Source of the DNA: Candidatus Nitrosopumilus koreensis AR1
GTDB lineage: Archaea; Thermoproteota; Nitrososphaeria; Nitrososphaerales; Nitrosopumilaceae
Assembly (NCBI RefSeq): GCF_000299365.1
Contig: NC_018655.1
Location: 1,470,001-1,502,000, forward strand
DNA length: 32,000 bases
Direction of reading: 5' to 3'
Numbering within the stretch: position 1 is the first letter of the stretch; each line of letters begins with the position of its first letter. The notes beneath the pieces were generated by a model that worked only from the letters and a program-made list of their open reading frames with translations, ran no database searches and was not told the origin of the DNA. Made by a program: the position numbers and the translations under genes. Below, one piece after another: positions 14,886 to 22,792 of the stretch.

Positions 14886-16589
14886 TTATGATTGAATTCT
14901 CATGATTCCTTCTTTAATCAAGAATTGAATTCCTTGAATGAAAGAGCTATCATCAATTGCACCTTCTGCCCACCAACCTGCATTGTTTTTAATCCATGCT
15001 GGGATTTCATTAGAACCAGAACCTTGGCCTTGTGATGTTGGTGGAATCTTTAGAATATCTTCTTTAATCAAATATTGAATGCCCTGAACAAAGGAATTGT
15101 CATCTATTTGTCCATCAGCCCACCAACCTGCATTGTTTTTAATCCATGCAGGTATTGCAGCAGGAGGTTGTACATCAGGAGTTTTTCCTACACTAGGACC
15201 AATCTCAATTATTCCTGAACCAATTCCTGCATAAGTTTCATCATATGCTAATCCAGTACCTAAAGCTCTTACATCAATTCTGTAAGTTCCTTGAGATGGA
15301 ATGTAGATTTTTTGAACATCAATTCCTTCAGAAGCTATAATTCCAGGCATATCAGGATTATCTCCCAAGAATGTCTCTAAGATCTTATCATTTTCATCAA
15401 TAAAAGAAACAACATATCTCATATCACGAATGAGATCTCTGTTTTCATCAAAGAATGCTATTTCAAAAGGTACATCATCTCCGGCACCGTAATTTCCATC
15501 CCATGAAATATTCACAGTTGTTGGAACCTGTTCATAGTTTGTGGTGTCAACAAGATAGAATTCAGTAGAACTCTTTGAAACTTCATCAAGTGGCACTAGT
15601 TTCAAGTTCATTTCTGTGTTATCATAGTGACTTGGTCCCAATGTTTCATTGATTTTCTGCAATTCAGCTTTGGTAATTAAAAAGTGAACAATATTGGTAT
15701 CATCATATGAATAAGGATCATTTAGTAATGCACGTTGGTCAATTTCTACACCATTGACATATCCCTTGAACTGTTTACCTTCAGCGTAAGGTGCAAAGGT
15801 TTTTGGAACTCTAACTTCTTCATGAACTACTTGAACTAAATTAACATAATCAGGATTCCAATCAAATGGCATATGAAATGAAATTGAGTTATCTGATTGA
15901 TCAAACTTGAAATTATCTACATGATCATAGTATGTTTTTATAACAACTGGCACTTCAGCGTTTGCGGTTTGTATCAGAAAGTTTTGATCTTGTGCAACAC
16001 TAACATAAGTTTCATAGCTTAGAAGATTTGCTAATACAGTTCTAGGACTAGTTGCACCTTCAATATCAACTCTAATCTTATACAATCCACCATTTACAAA
16101 AATAGGACCAGTCATTGATGGTCGTGCACAAATATCTAAGTTATCATCAGTACATTCTGCGCCTTGAACAAATAATGCACCGGGAGCACTAACATGTTCA
16201 GAACCACCATAAACAGTACATTCTTCAGGTTTAGGTTCATCACAGTTAGGATTTGGCTTAATTTTTACATCCAGTCTTCCATCCAAATCATAGAAAAGAT
16301 TTCTAGCTAAAAGTTCGCCACTTTGCCATACTTCTATTCTATATGTTACTTTATCGAGATTTGTGTCAGTTAAGGTATCAAAGAATCGTACTTGCATGTT
16401 AGCTGAATCAACTTCACCTACTGTAATATCTGATGGACTCAATTGTGTACGTACTGTTACTTCCATATCACCAAAACTCAATGCTGGAGCTTGATCACCT
16501 CCTAATCCATGTCCAAACACATCAGGAACTAATGTCGGTATTGTGAAAATCCCAACAATTACAATTAGTAATGCAAACTTATGATACAA
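14886..16589 (-). CDS. Secreted HG(L/V)G-N-terminus family protein, paralogue 2, with two C-terminal Trp-rich repeats
   Basis: 567 aa. TTG start, with no in-frame ATG before the signal peptide. The signal peptide ends PDVFG|HGLG. Family blocks: [47 protein letters not shown]. Confidence 0.75.
   Translation of the reverse strand: MYHKFALLIVIVGIFTIPTLVPDVFGHGLGGDQAPALSFGDMEVTVRTQLSPSDITVGEVDSANMQVRFFDTLTDTNLDKVTYRIEVWQSGELLARNLFYDLDGRLDVKIKPNPNCDEPKPEECTVYGGSEHVSAPGALFVQGAECTDDNLDICARPSMTGPIFVNGGLYKIRVDIEGATSPRTVLANLLSYETYVSVAQDQNFLIQTANAEVPVVIKTYYDHVDNFKFDQSDNSISFHMPFDWNPDYVNLVQVVHEEVRVPKTFAPYAEGKQFKGYVNGVEIDQRALLNDPYSYDDTNIVHFLITKAELQKINETLGPSHYDNTEMNLKLVPLDEVSKSSTEFYLVDTTNYEQVPTTVNISWDGNYGAGDDVPFEIAFFDENRDLIRDMRYVVSFIDENDKILETFLGDNPDMPGIIASEGIDVQKIYIPSQGTYRIDVRALGTGLAYDETYAGIGSGIIEIGPSVGKTPDVQPPAAIPAWIKNNAGWWADGQIDDNSFVQGIQYLIKEDILKIPPTSQGQGSGSNEIPAWIKNNAGWWAEGAIDDSSFIQGIQFLIKEGIMRIQS
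14889..15155 (-). repeat. Coding tandem repeat (2 copies, exact 150-nt period): [35 protein letters not shown] / [35 protein letters not shown]
   Basis: It contains a perfect 32-nt DNA repeat (14968-14999 = 15118-15149, gcccaccaacctgcattgtttttaatccatgc). Confidence 0.95.
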
Positions 16590-16701
16590 TAATAAAACTA
16601 TGAGAAATCCATATTTAAAGATGGCACAGTATTTCTATGCGTGATAATTTTTTTTAAAAAATCAGAGTACGATTTTTATTTATCGATTTAGGACAAATAG
16701 T

Positions 16702-17526
16702 ATGAAAGTTATATTTGCGTTATTACTAATACCATTTTTGTTAACAGTTCCAGCTTTTGCTGAAACCCAAACATTACCAACTGAAAAGAATACTTTGGAT
16801 GTAAAATTAACATATGATGAAATTGAACCAGGTGTTCAAACAAAGATTGGTATAGATTTTATCAATCCACAAACTCAAAAAATTCAAGAACATATTGATT
16901 ATACGGTAGCTGTATCAAAAGATGGTGAAAATGTATTTGGACCAATTCCACTTACACACACATCTGTGGGATCTGTAAAAATTCCAATAGAGTTTAATCT
17001 TGGAGAAGGAATATACTCGATGGACTTTGAGATTGAAGGTATTTTATTTCAACCAATTCCAAAAGAATCGGTATCTTTTGACATTCTAGTAGGTGAAGCC
17101 AATGCACAACCAATTACACCAATAGAGAATGAAAAACTAGATGGTGAAAATGGAGGATGTCTTATTGCAACAGCAACATTTGGCTCTGAGATGGCACCAC
17201 AAGTACAACAACTAAGAGAACTTAGAGACAATACAATTCTAAAAACAAATTCAGGAATGGCATTCATGACAGTTTTTAATCAGTTCTATTATTCATTCTC
17301 ACCTGCTGTTGCAGACTTTGAAAGAGAGCAACCATTTTTCAAAGAAGTTATGAAAGTAACACTTACTCCAATGTTATCATCATTATCATTACTAAATCAT
17401 GTAGATATTGATTCAGAACAAGAAATGCTGGGATACGGTATCTCTGTAGTACTACTGAATCTTGGAATGTATATTGGAATTCCGGCATTTGGAATTCTAA
17501 GATTGTACCAGTTTAGAAAAAACTAG
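16702..17526 (+). CDS. Secreted protein: beta-sandwich module plus a GGCLIATATFGSE...LRELRDN C-terminal module with a hydrophobic tail
   Basis: 274 aa with signal peptide ...TVPAFA|ETQ. The N-terminal module resembles the C-terminal module of the paralogue family. The Cys-containing box CLIATATFGSEMAPQVQQLRELRDNTIL is followed by FNQFYYSFSPAVADF and a terminal TM segment. Confidence 0.55.
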   Translation: MKVIFALLLIPFLLTVPAFAETQTLPTEKNTLDVKLTYDEIEPGVQTKIGIDFINPQTQKIQEHIDYTVAVSKDGENVFGPIPLTHTSVGSVKIPIEFNLGEGIYSMDFEIEGILFQPIPKESVSFDILVGEANAQPITPIENEKLDGENGGCLIATATFGSEMAPQVQQLRELRDNTILKTNSGMAFMTVFNQFYYSFSPAVADFEREQPFFKEVMKVTLTPMLSSLSLLNHVDIDSEQEMLGYGISVVLLNLGMYIGIPAFGILRLYQFRKN

Positions 17527-17589
17527 TGTGTATCCATTTTCTGGAAATTCTAGTGAGGTTTTTATGTATCTGAGCAAGTAGTTTGATTA

Positions 17590-18453
17590 ATGAAGACTAT
17601 AGCAATTTGCTCTTTCTTCGTACTATTTGCTATGGTAGCTGGATTAGTTGCAACAACACCAGCTGCTTTTGCAGATCATTCAGAAGTCACAATCTCACCA
17701 GCATCAGGTTCTGGTGCACCAGGTTGTGAAGAAACCGCAGATGGATGTTACATTCCAAATACTGCAACAGTTGATGTTGGCGGTGTTGTTATCATGTCAA
17801 ACACTGACACTGCAGCACACACATTCACATCAGGAACTCCAGATGATGGGCCAGATGGTGTATTTGACACCAGTCTATTAATGGCTGGAAATTCATTTGA
17901 GTGGAGTCCAACAGTTGCAGGTGAACAGCCATATTTCTGTATGGTACATCCTTGGATGCAAGGCTTGATCATAGTACAAGAAGCAGGAGCTGAAGAAGCT
18001 GATGATCATGGTGATGAGATGATGATGCCAACAGGTGCCGCTGCAGCAACAGGAATGTTGTCTGACGGTACAAAAGTTTCTGTCTGGACTACAACACCTA
18101 CTAAAGGTGAGATGATGGAAATTTCTGTTCAATTTGAAGGTGCAGAACATGTCAATCACGATATGAAAGTCACACAAAATGGTAATACAGTACTAGATGA
18201 TAAGGGCGCACATCATCATGATGGAAAAGGAGTACATATGACAAAAGCTCTTGGTTCATCTGATCCAGTAAACATCACAATTACCTTCCAAGGTTATGGT
18301 GTTGATGATCCTAAAACAGGACCAATTGGTGAAAAAGTAGTATTCTCAAACGTTGTTCCAGAATTTGGTACAATTGCAATGATGATACTAGCTGTTGCAA
18401 TTATAAGCATTGTTGCAGTTACTGCAAAATCTAGAGTCATTCCAAGATTTTAG
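17590..18453 (+). CDS. Blue (type 1) copper protein (cupredoxin) with Met/His-rich linker, second His-rich domain and PEFG-CTERM tail
   Basis: Signal peptide ...PAAFA|DHSE. Type 1 Cu ligand pattern: AAHTFTSG ... YFCMVHPWMQG (C-x2-H-x2-M, amicyanin-like loop). Linker: EEADDHGDEMMMP. Second domain contains HVNHDMKV and GAHHHDGKGVHM. C-terminus: PEFGTIAMMILAVAIISIVAVTAKSR. Confidence 0.85.
   Translation: MKTIAICSFFVLFAMVAGLVATTPAAFADHSEVTISPASGSGAPGCEETADGCYIPNTATVDVGGVVIMSNTDTAAHTFTSGTPDDGPDGVFDTSLLMAGNSFEWSPTVAGEQPYFCMVHPWMQGLIIVQEAGAEEADDHGDEMMMPTGAAAATGMLSDGTKVSVWTTTPTKGEMMEISVQFEGAEHVNHDMKVTQNGNTVLDDKGAHHHDGKGVHMTKALGSSDPVNITITFQGYGVDDPKTGPIGEKVVFSNVVPEFGTIAMMILAVAIISIVAVTAKSRVIPRF
18358..18450 (+). 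other. PEFG-CTERM-type sorting/anchor segment of the cupredoxin
   Basis: PEFG motif, hydrophobic helix and a basic cluster (KSR) at the extreme C-terminus. Confidence 0.7.
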
Positions 18454-18466
18454 GAATCCTCTTTTT

Positions 18467-19105
18467 CTATTTTCTTTTTATTAAAGCAATTATCGCCAAG
18501 ATTATAGCTGCTCCGGCAATTGATAATCCAAATATTGCAAAGTCATAAGCTGTTCCACCATCAGATGTTACTTCAGTTTCACCTGACTTTAGTTTAGAAA
18601 CATCTTGTTGTAATGATGAAATTGCATTCTTTAGAGCAGCAACATCAGCAGCACCTTCACTGCTAGTAGGTGGGAAATCTAACACTGCGGTAGGCTCTAC
18701 ATCCTCAATAGGGATTTTAATATCAATAGGAGTTCCACGAATTTCTCCTTTTAGTTCCACCATGTATGTTCCTGTTTTAGTTGGAATTATAGGTGAAAAA
18801 TAATATCCAGGTTTAGGATCAGAATTTATATCAATTTTCTTTGTTGCACCACCAAACATCACAGTTGCATCAACATCTTTGAAAGCACTTGTGATTCCTG
18901 TAAATGTACCTTCTTTTTCTCCACGTTCAATCACTTTTAGAATCAGATCATTTCTAATGCCTACAACTGGAGGCTCGATCCCCCATCCTGCTTCAATTTC
19001 GTATGGTTCGACATGAACAGTTGTATGTGCAAATGATGGTGCAATCATTCCAATTGAAAACAATAAACCAATAATACCAAAAACTAGTATTTTCATTGTT
19101 ATCAT
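18467..19105 (-). CDS. Membrane-anchored secreted protein, YcnI/DUF1775-like (tentative), predicted N-terminal His
   Basis: Signal peptide ...IAPSFA|HTTVHVEPYEIEAGW, comparable to the H-x-x-V-x-V-x-P start of mature YcnI-type proteins. It has a beta-rich body and a C-terminal TM helix plus KRK. The tracked TTG start at 19153 is replaced by the ATG at 19105, with another ATG at 19096. It is divergent from the CopC-CopD gene. Confidence 0.45.
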   Translation of the reverse strand: MITMKILVFGIIGLLFSIGMIAPSFAHTTVHVEPYEIEAGWGIEPPVVGIRNDLILKVIERGEKEGTFTGITSAFKDVDATVMFGGATKKIDINSDPKPGYYFSPIIPTKTGTYMVELKGEIRGTPIDIKIPIEDVEPTAVLDFPPTSSEGAADVAALKNAISSLQQDVSKLKSGETEVTSDGGTAYDFAIFGLSIAGAAIILAIIALIKRK

Positions 19106-19198
19106 TTCATAATTACACGTTATTATCTTTACGTGAATTGGCACAAATATCAAATTTGTGAAAACTGTTTAAATTATCAAAGATGATCCTAAGAGTAA

Positions 19199-21982
19199 AT
19201 GCAAAAATTTCTCATCACGTTATTGGTAATATCATTTATTTCAATTCCATTTGCAACAGCACACCCATTTACTGAAGAGACAATTCCAAGTTTGACGTCT
19301 AATGCCCCATCTGGAACAACTGAAGTGATTGTATATTTTTCAGAACCAGTTGATATTAACTTTAGTGAACTCAAAGTATTTGATACAAATGGAGATCAAA
19401 TAGACAATAAAGATACAGATTACTATGAAGGGGAATTATCTCTAATAATTACAACACCACCATTAGAAGATGGAGTTTACACTGTATCAACCAAAGTTCT
19501 CTCTAAAGTAGATGGCCATCTAGTTCCAGATGCATTCTTGTTTGCAGTAGGAGATGCTGTTATTGATCCCTCTTTACATAATGTAGAACGACCATCAGAG
19601 ACAGTATTTCTGCCTGAAGCTGGTGCCAGATTACCAGGATTGGTAGGTCAAACGATTGTTTTAGGTGCAGTGATTTCATCACTCATAATTTGGGGTACAC
19701 AAAATAAACAATCGATAAAAGATGAACTAGAAAAGATTCAATCTTTTCATCACGGAAAATTTATGTCAATTACAGGAATTGGACTTGTTTTAGTTTTCAT
19801 TTCAGATATTTTGATGATTGCAGTTCAAACAGTTAGATTAGAAGCATCGCCGATTGATGCAATCCAAACTGATTTTGGCAATATTTGGTTAATCAGAATG
19901 ACCATAACAATAGTATTACTAGGCATATGGTTTGGGTTAGACAGAAAAAAAGTACTATCAAGGAAAAATCAAATTGCAATGTTAGTAGTATCGCTTGTAT
20001 TAATTGCCACAACAAGTCTAATTGGACATGGTGCAGCTAGTGGAGAAACACCTGCATTAGTATTAGATTACATTCACAATTTGGTTGCAGCAGTTTGGAT
20101 AGGTGGAATTTTCTATTTTGTTTTCACATTGCTTCCAACATTTTCACAATTAAAAGAATCATCTAGAGAAAAGATGAGCCTATTAATGATTCCAAGATTC
20201 TCAATTGCATTTATCATTGCAGTAGGAATCGTTATAATTACAGGACCAACATTGATGTGGTTCCTAGAAAGTGATATTGGATTAATTACAGAATCAATTT
20301 ACGGTCAATTAATTATTCTAAAAATTGCCATTGCAGTAGTAATAGTTGCATTTGGAGGATTTTTCCAGTTCAAAGTACAAAAAAATGCAGAAAGAAATTT
20401 TTCATCAGGAAAAATTTTTGTACATAAAAAACTAAAGAGATCACTCAAAGTTGATGCCGTATTGGGAATAATACTTCTTGGAGTGGTAGCATTACTAACT
20501 AACGGAACATTACCTGCAGGAGAAATCCAAAAAGTTGATGCTCAAGAAATTATCTATGGTTTCAAAACGATAGAATTTACAGAGAACGCAAAATTTGATA
20601 TCGATATTTCGCCATTTTCAAGCGGACCAAACACAATCCTAATCAAGGTTAGTGACTTTGAAGGAAATCCACTCTATGATTCAGATCAACTCAAAGTCAA
20701 AATATCAAATCCATCAAAGAATATCGCACCAATTGAAGTGCCAATGGAGATAATCAAACAAGAAGAGAACAAACCAATAGAATTCCAAGGAGAATTAACA
20801 TTTGGATTTTCAGGAGAATGGCTAGTAGAAGTTGAAGCACAAAGAACCGATAATGCAAGCGAGTCAAAGCTTTTGAATTTACTAGTAAAGCCAAGACTGA
20901 CAGACATACAAACTCAGATTATCGAATATGAACTACCAGAGGACGCAAAACCGCTCTTTCCATTGTATGATGGGCATGATTCGATTTGGGTAAGTGATGC
21001 ATCAGCGCCACGAGTATGGCAATTTTCACTGGATTCACAAGAGTTTACACCATATTCATTTGATGGTGTAGTTACAACATTCCTTACGCAGGACAAACAA
21101 GATAGAATTTGGTTTGTGGATCCACCAAGGAATCAGATTGGATTCATAGATCTTCAAACAAAACAGATCACAACAAAATCTATTCCAAAACTTGATCCTA
21201 CAATCTCAGACAATACACCATTGTTCATAAAATCAGACTTTGATGGAAACATATGGATTACAATAATCAACAAAGACAGAATTGTAAAATACATACCAGG
21301 AAATGACGAATTTGAAGAAATTGTTTTGTCAGGAAAAGATAACTTACCGTTTGCATTAGCTCTTGATAATGATGGAAAAGTATGGTTTTCAGCAACAGGT
21401 ACAGGAAAAATAGGATACGTTGATCCAAAAGACAATAAATTGATTGAATTTACAAAAGAGCCTCCACTACAAGGACCAGAGGCATTGCTTTTTGATGATG
21501 ATGGTAATCTCTGGATTGCAGAACATACAGGCTTGGCAATCACCAAATTCAATCCAATTTTAGAAACATTTGAGAGAGTATCAGTCCCAAATGAAGAGGC
21601 ACTACCATTTGGAATGACATTTGACAGATACGGAAATGTTTGGTTTGCACAGCACACGATAGATAGCATAGGTGCATATGATCCAGATAACAATAATTTG
21701 ATTGAGGTTCCTATTCCATCAGAAACATCATTTGTGCAGTTTATGACATCAGATGGAGACAATAACGTATGGTTTGTTGAACAACAGACAAACAAAATTG
21801 GAACAGTAAAGATTACTGAGATTCCCGGTATTACATCGCAAGTTCAATCATCTGCCGAATTTGAATTAAAGTATACAGAACTTGCATCACCACTAATTGC
21901 GTTAGGAATCATTGCAACGTCTTTGTTTTATGTAAAAAGTATTCAGGATAAAAGAAGATTAAATTCACTAATCAGGTCTTAG
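19199..21982 (+). CDS. CopC-CopD fusion protein extended by a YtkA/FixH-like beta-sandwich, a six- to seven-bladed beta-propeller and a terminal TM helix
   Basis: 927 aa. Signal peptide ...IPFATA|HPFTEE. CopC module (about nt 19262-19573) with His1 and VDGH. Polytopic CopD module (about 19616-20520, including IGHGAASGE). Beta-sandwich at about 20546-20900. Repeated blades at about 20920-21820 (DRIWFVD, DGNIWIT, DGKVWFS, DGNLWIAE, YGNVWFAQ, DNNVWFVE), of the Vgb/SMP-30 type. Terminal TM helix plus KRR. Confidence 0.8.
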   Translation: MQKFLITLLVISFISIPFATAHPFTEETIPSLTSNAPSGTTEVIVYFSEPVDINFSELKVFDTNGDQIDNKDTDYYEGELSLIITTPPLEDGVYTVSTKVLSKVDGHLVPDAFLFAVGDAVIDPSLHNVERPSETVFLPEAGARLPGLVGQTIVLGAVISSLIIWGTQNKQSIKDELEKIQSFHHGKFMSITGIGLVLVFISDILMIAVQTVRLEASPIDAIQTDFGNIWLIRMTITIVLLGIWFGLDRKKVLSRKNQIAMLVVSLVLIATTSLIGHGAASGETPALVLDYIHNLVAAVWIGGIFYFVFTLLPTFSQLKESSREKMSLLMIPRFSIAFIIAVGIVIITGPTLMWFLESDIGLITESIYGQLIILKIAIAVVIVAFGGFFQFKVQKNAERNFSSGKIFVHKKLKRSLKVDAVLGIILLGVVALLTNGTLPAGEIQKVDAQEIIYGFKTIEFTENAKFDIDISPFSSGPNTILIKVSDFEGNPLYDSDQLKVKISNPSKNIAPIEVPMEIIKQEENKPIEFQGELTFGFSGEWLVEVEAQRTDNASESKLLNLLVKPRLTDIQTQIIEYELPEDAKPLFPLYDGHDSIWVSDASAPRVWQFSLDSQEFTPYSFDGVVTTFLTQDKQDRIWFVDPPRNQIGFIDLQTKQITTKSIPKLDPTISDNTPLFIKSDFDGNIWITIINKDRIVKYIPGNDEFEEIVLSGKDNLPFALALDNDGKVWFSATGTGKIGYVDPKDNKLIEFTKEPPLQGPEALLFDDDGNLWIAEHTGLAITKFNPILETFERVSVPNEEALPFGMTFDRYGNVWFAQHTIDSIGAYDPDNNNLIEVPIPSETSFVQFMTSDGDNNVWFVEQQTNKIGTVKITEIPGITSQVQSSAEFELKYTELASPLIALGIIATSLFYVKSIQDKRRLNSLIRS

Positions 21983-22790
21983 AAAGCAATCCAGATGATT
22001 TAATTCCCATAGTACCAGCTAGCAATCCAATTGCAATCAAGACAATTGTTCCTGCAGGAGTAATATCAAAGATATAAGAAACCAAAATTCCCGTTACAAC
22101 TGAAAAAATTGAAAAACTCATAGAAATAATTGCAGTTTGTTTGAAACCTTTACCATACATTATTGCTGAAACATTCGGAATAACAAACAATGCAGAAATC
22201 AACAGTACCCCAACAAGCTGAATCGAGGTGACAACTGTAAGGCCTGCCATAAACACTATTAGATAATTTATCTTCTCTACAGGGATTCCACTGACTTTGG
22301 CTTGCTCTTCATTAAATGTAGAATAAAGAATCTGTCTAAACAAGACCAATATCACAATCAGAATTGCGCCAGTAAGTGCAAGTATCAAAACAGTATCATC
22401 AACACTGACTAGTAGAATGCTACCAAAGAGGAAACTAAAGATATCAATTGTAAACCCTCCTGAAAACCCAATAATTACAAGCCCAACTGCTATGCCGGAG
22501 GACAAAAGTACTGCAATGGATGCATCTCCAGATATGTTGAATCTGTCTTTTACTCTAGTAATGATCAATGCACTAATTATTGATACACCATAAGCAGTCC
22601 ATAATGGATAAACTCCTACTAAAAGACCCAAAGCTATTCCACCAAAAGACGAATGTGCTATTGCATCACCAAACAATGAATACCGTCTAAGAACCAAAAA
22701 CAATCCAACAACTGAACAAAGAATTGCAATGGCAATCCCAGAGATTAATGCTCTGTGCATAAAACTGTAAGTTAGAATTTCAAAAGACAT
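21972..22790 (-). CDS. Metal ABC transporter permease (ABC-3/ZnuB-TroCD family)
   Basis: 272 aa, polytopic, in an operon with the ATPase and the cluster-A-I-type binding protein. The 3' end overlaps the convergent CopCD gene by 11 nt. Confidence 0.8.
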   Translation of the reverse strand: MSFEILTYSFMHRALISGIAIAILCSVVGLFLVLRRYSLFGDAIAHSSFGGIALGLLVGVYPLWTAYGVSIISALIITRVKDRFNISGDASIAVLLSSGIAVGLVIIGFSGGFTIDIFSFLFGSILLVSVDDTVLILALTGAILIVILVLFRQILYSTFNEEQAKVSGIPVEKINYLIVFMAGLTVVTSIQLVGVLLISALFVIPNVSAIMYGKGFKQTAIISMSFSIFSVVTGILVSYIFDITPAGTIVLIAIGLLAGTMGIKSSGLLSKT

Positions 22791-22792
22791 GA

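Noticed and set aside
16590-16701. Divergent intergenic region with T8/A6 runs, as a possible regulatory element or small RNA
   Set aside because: I found only homopolymer runs and generic AT-rich TATA-like sequence, with no repeats or palindromes beyond what the composition would produce.
21154-21795. 213-aa ORF on the minus strand inside the CopCD beta-propeller region
   Set aside because: It is Ser/Asn/Cys-rich, low-complexity and entirely antisense to a well-supported, motif-rich coding region, so it is a typical shadow ORF. The same reasoning applies to the other antisense ORFs in the track, for example 30605-30979, 27954-28250, 13258-13566, 17893-18177 and 3827-4015.
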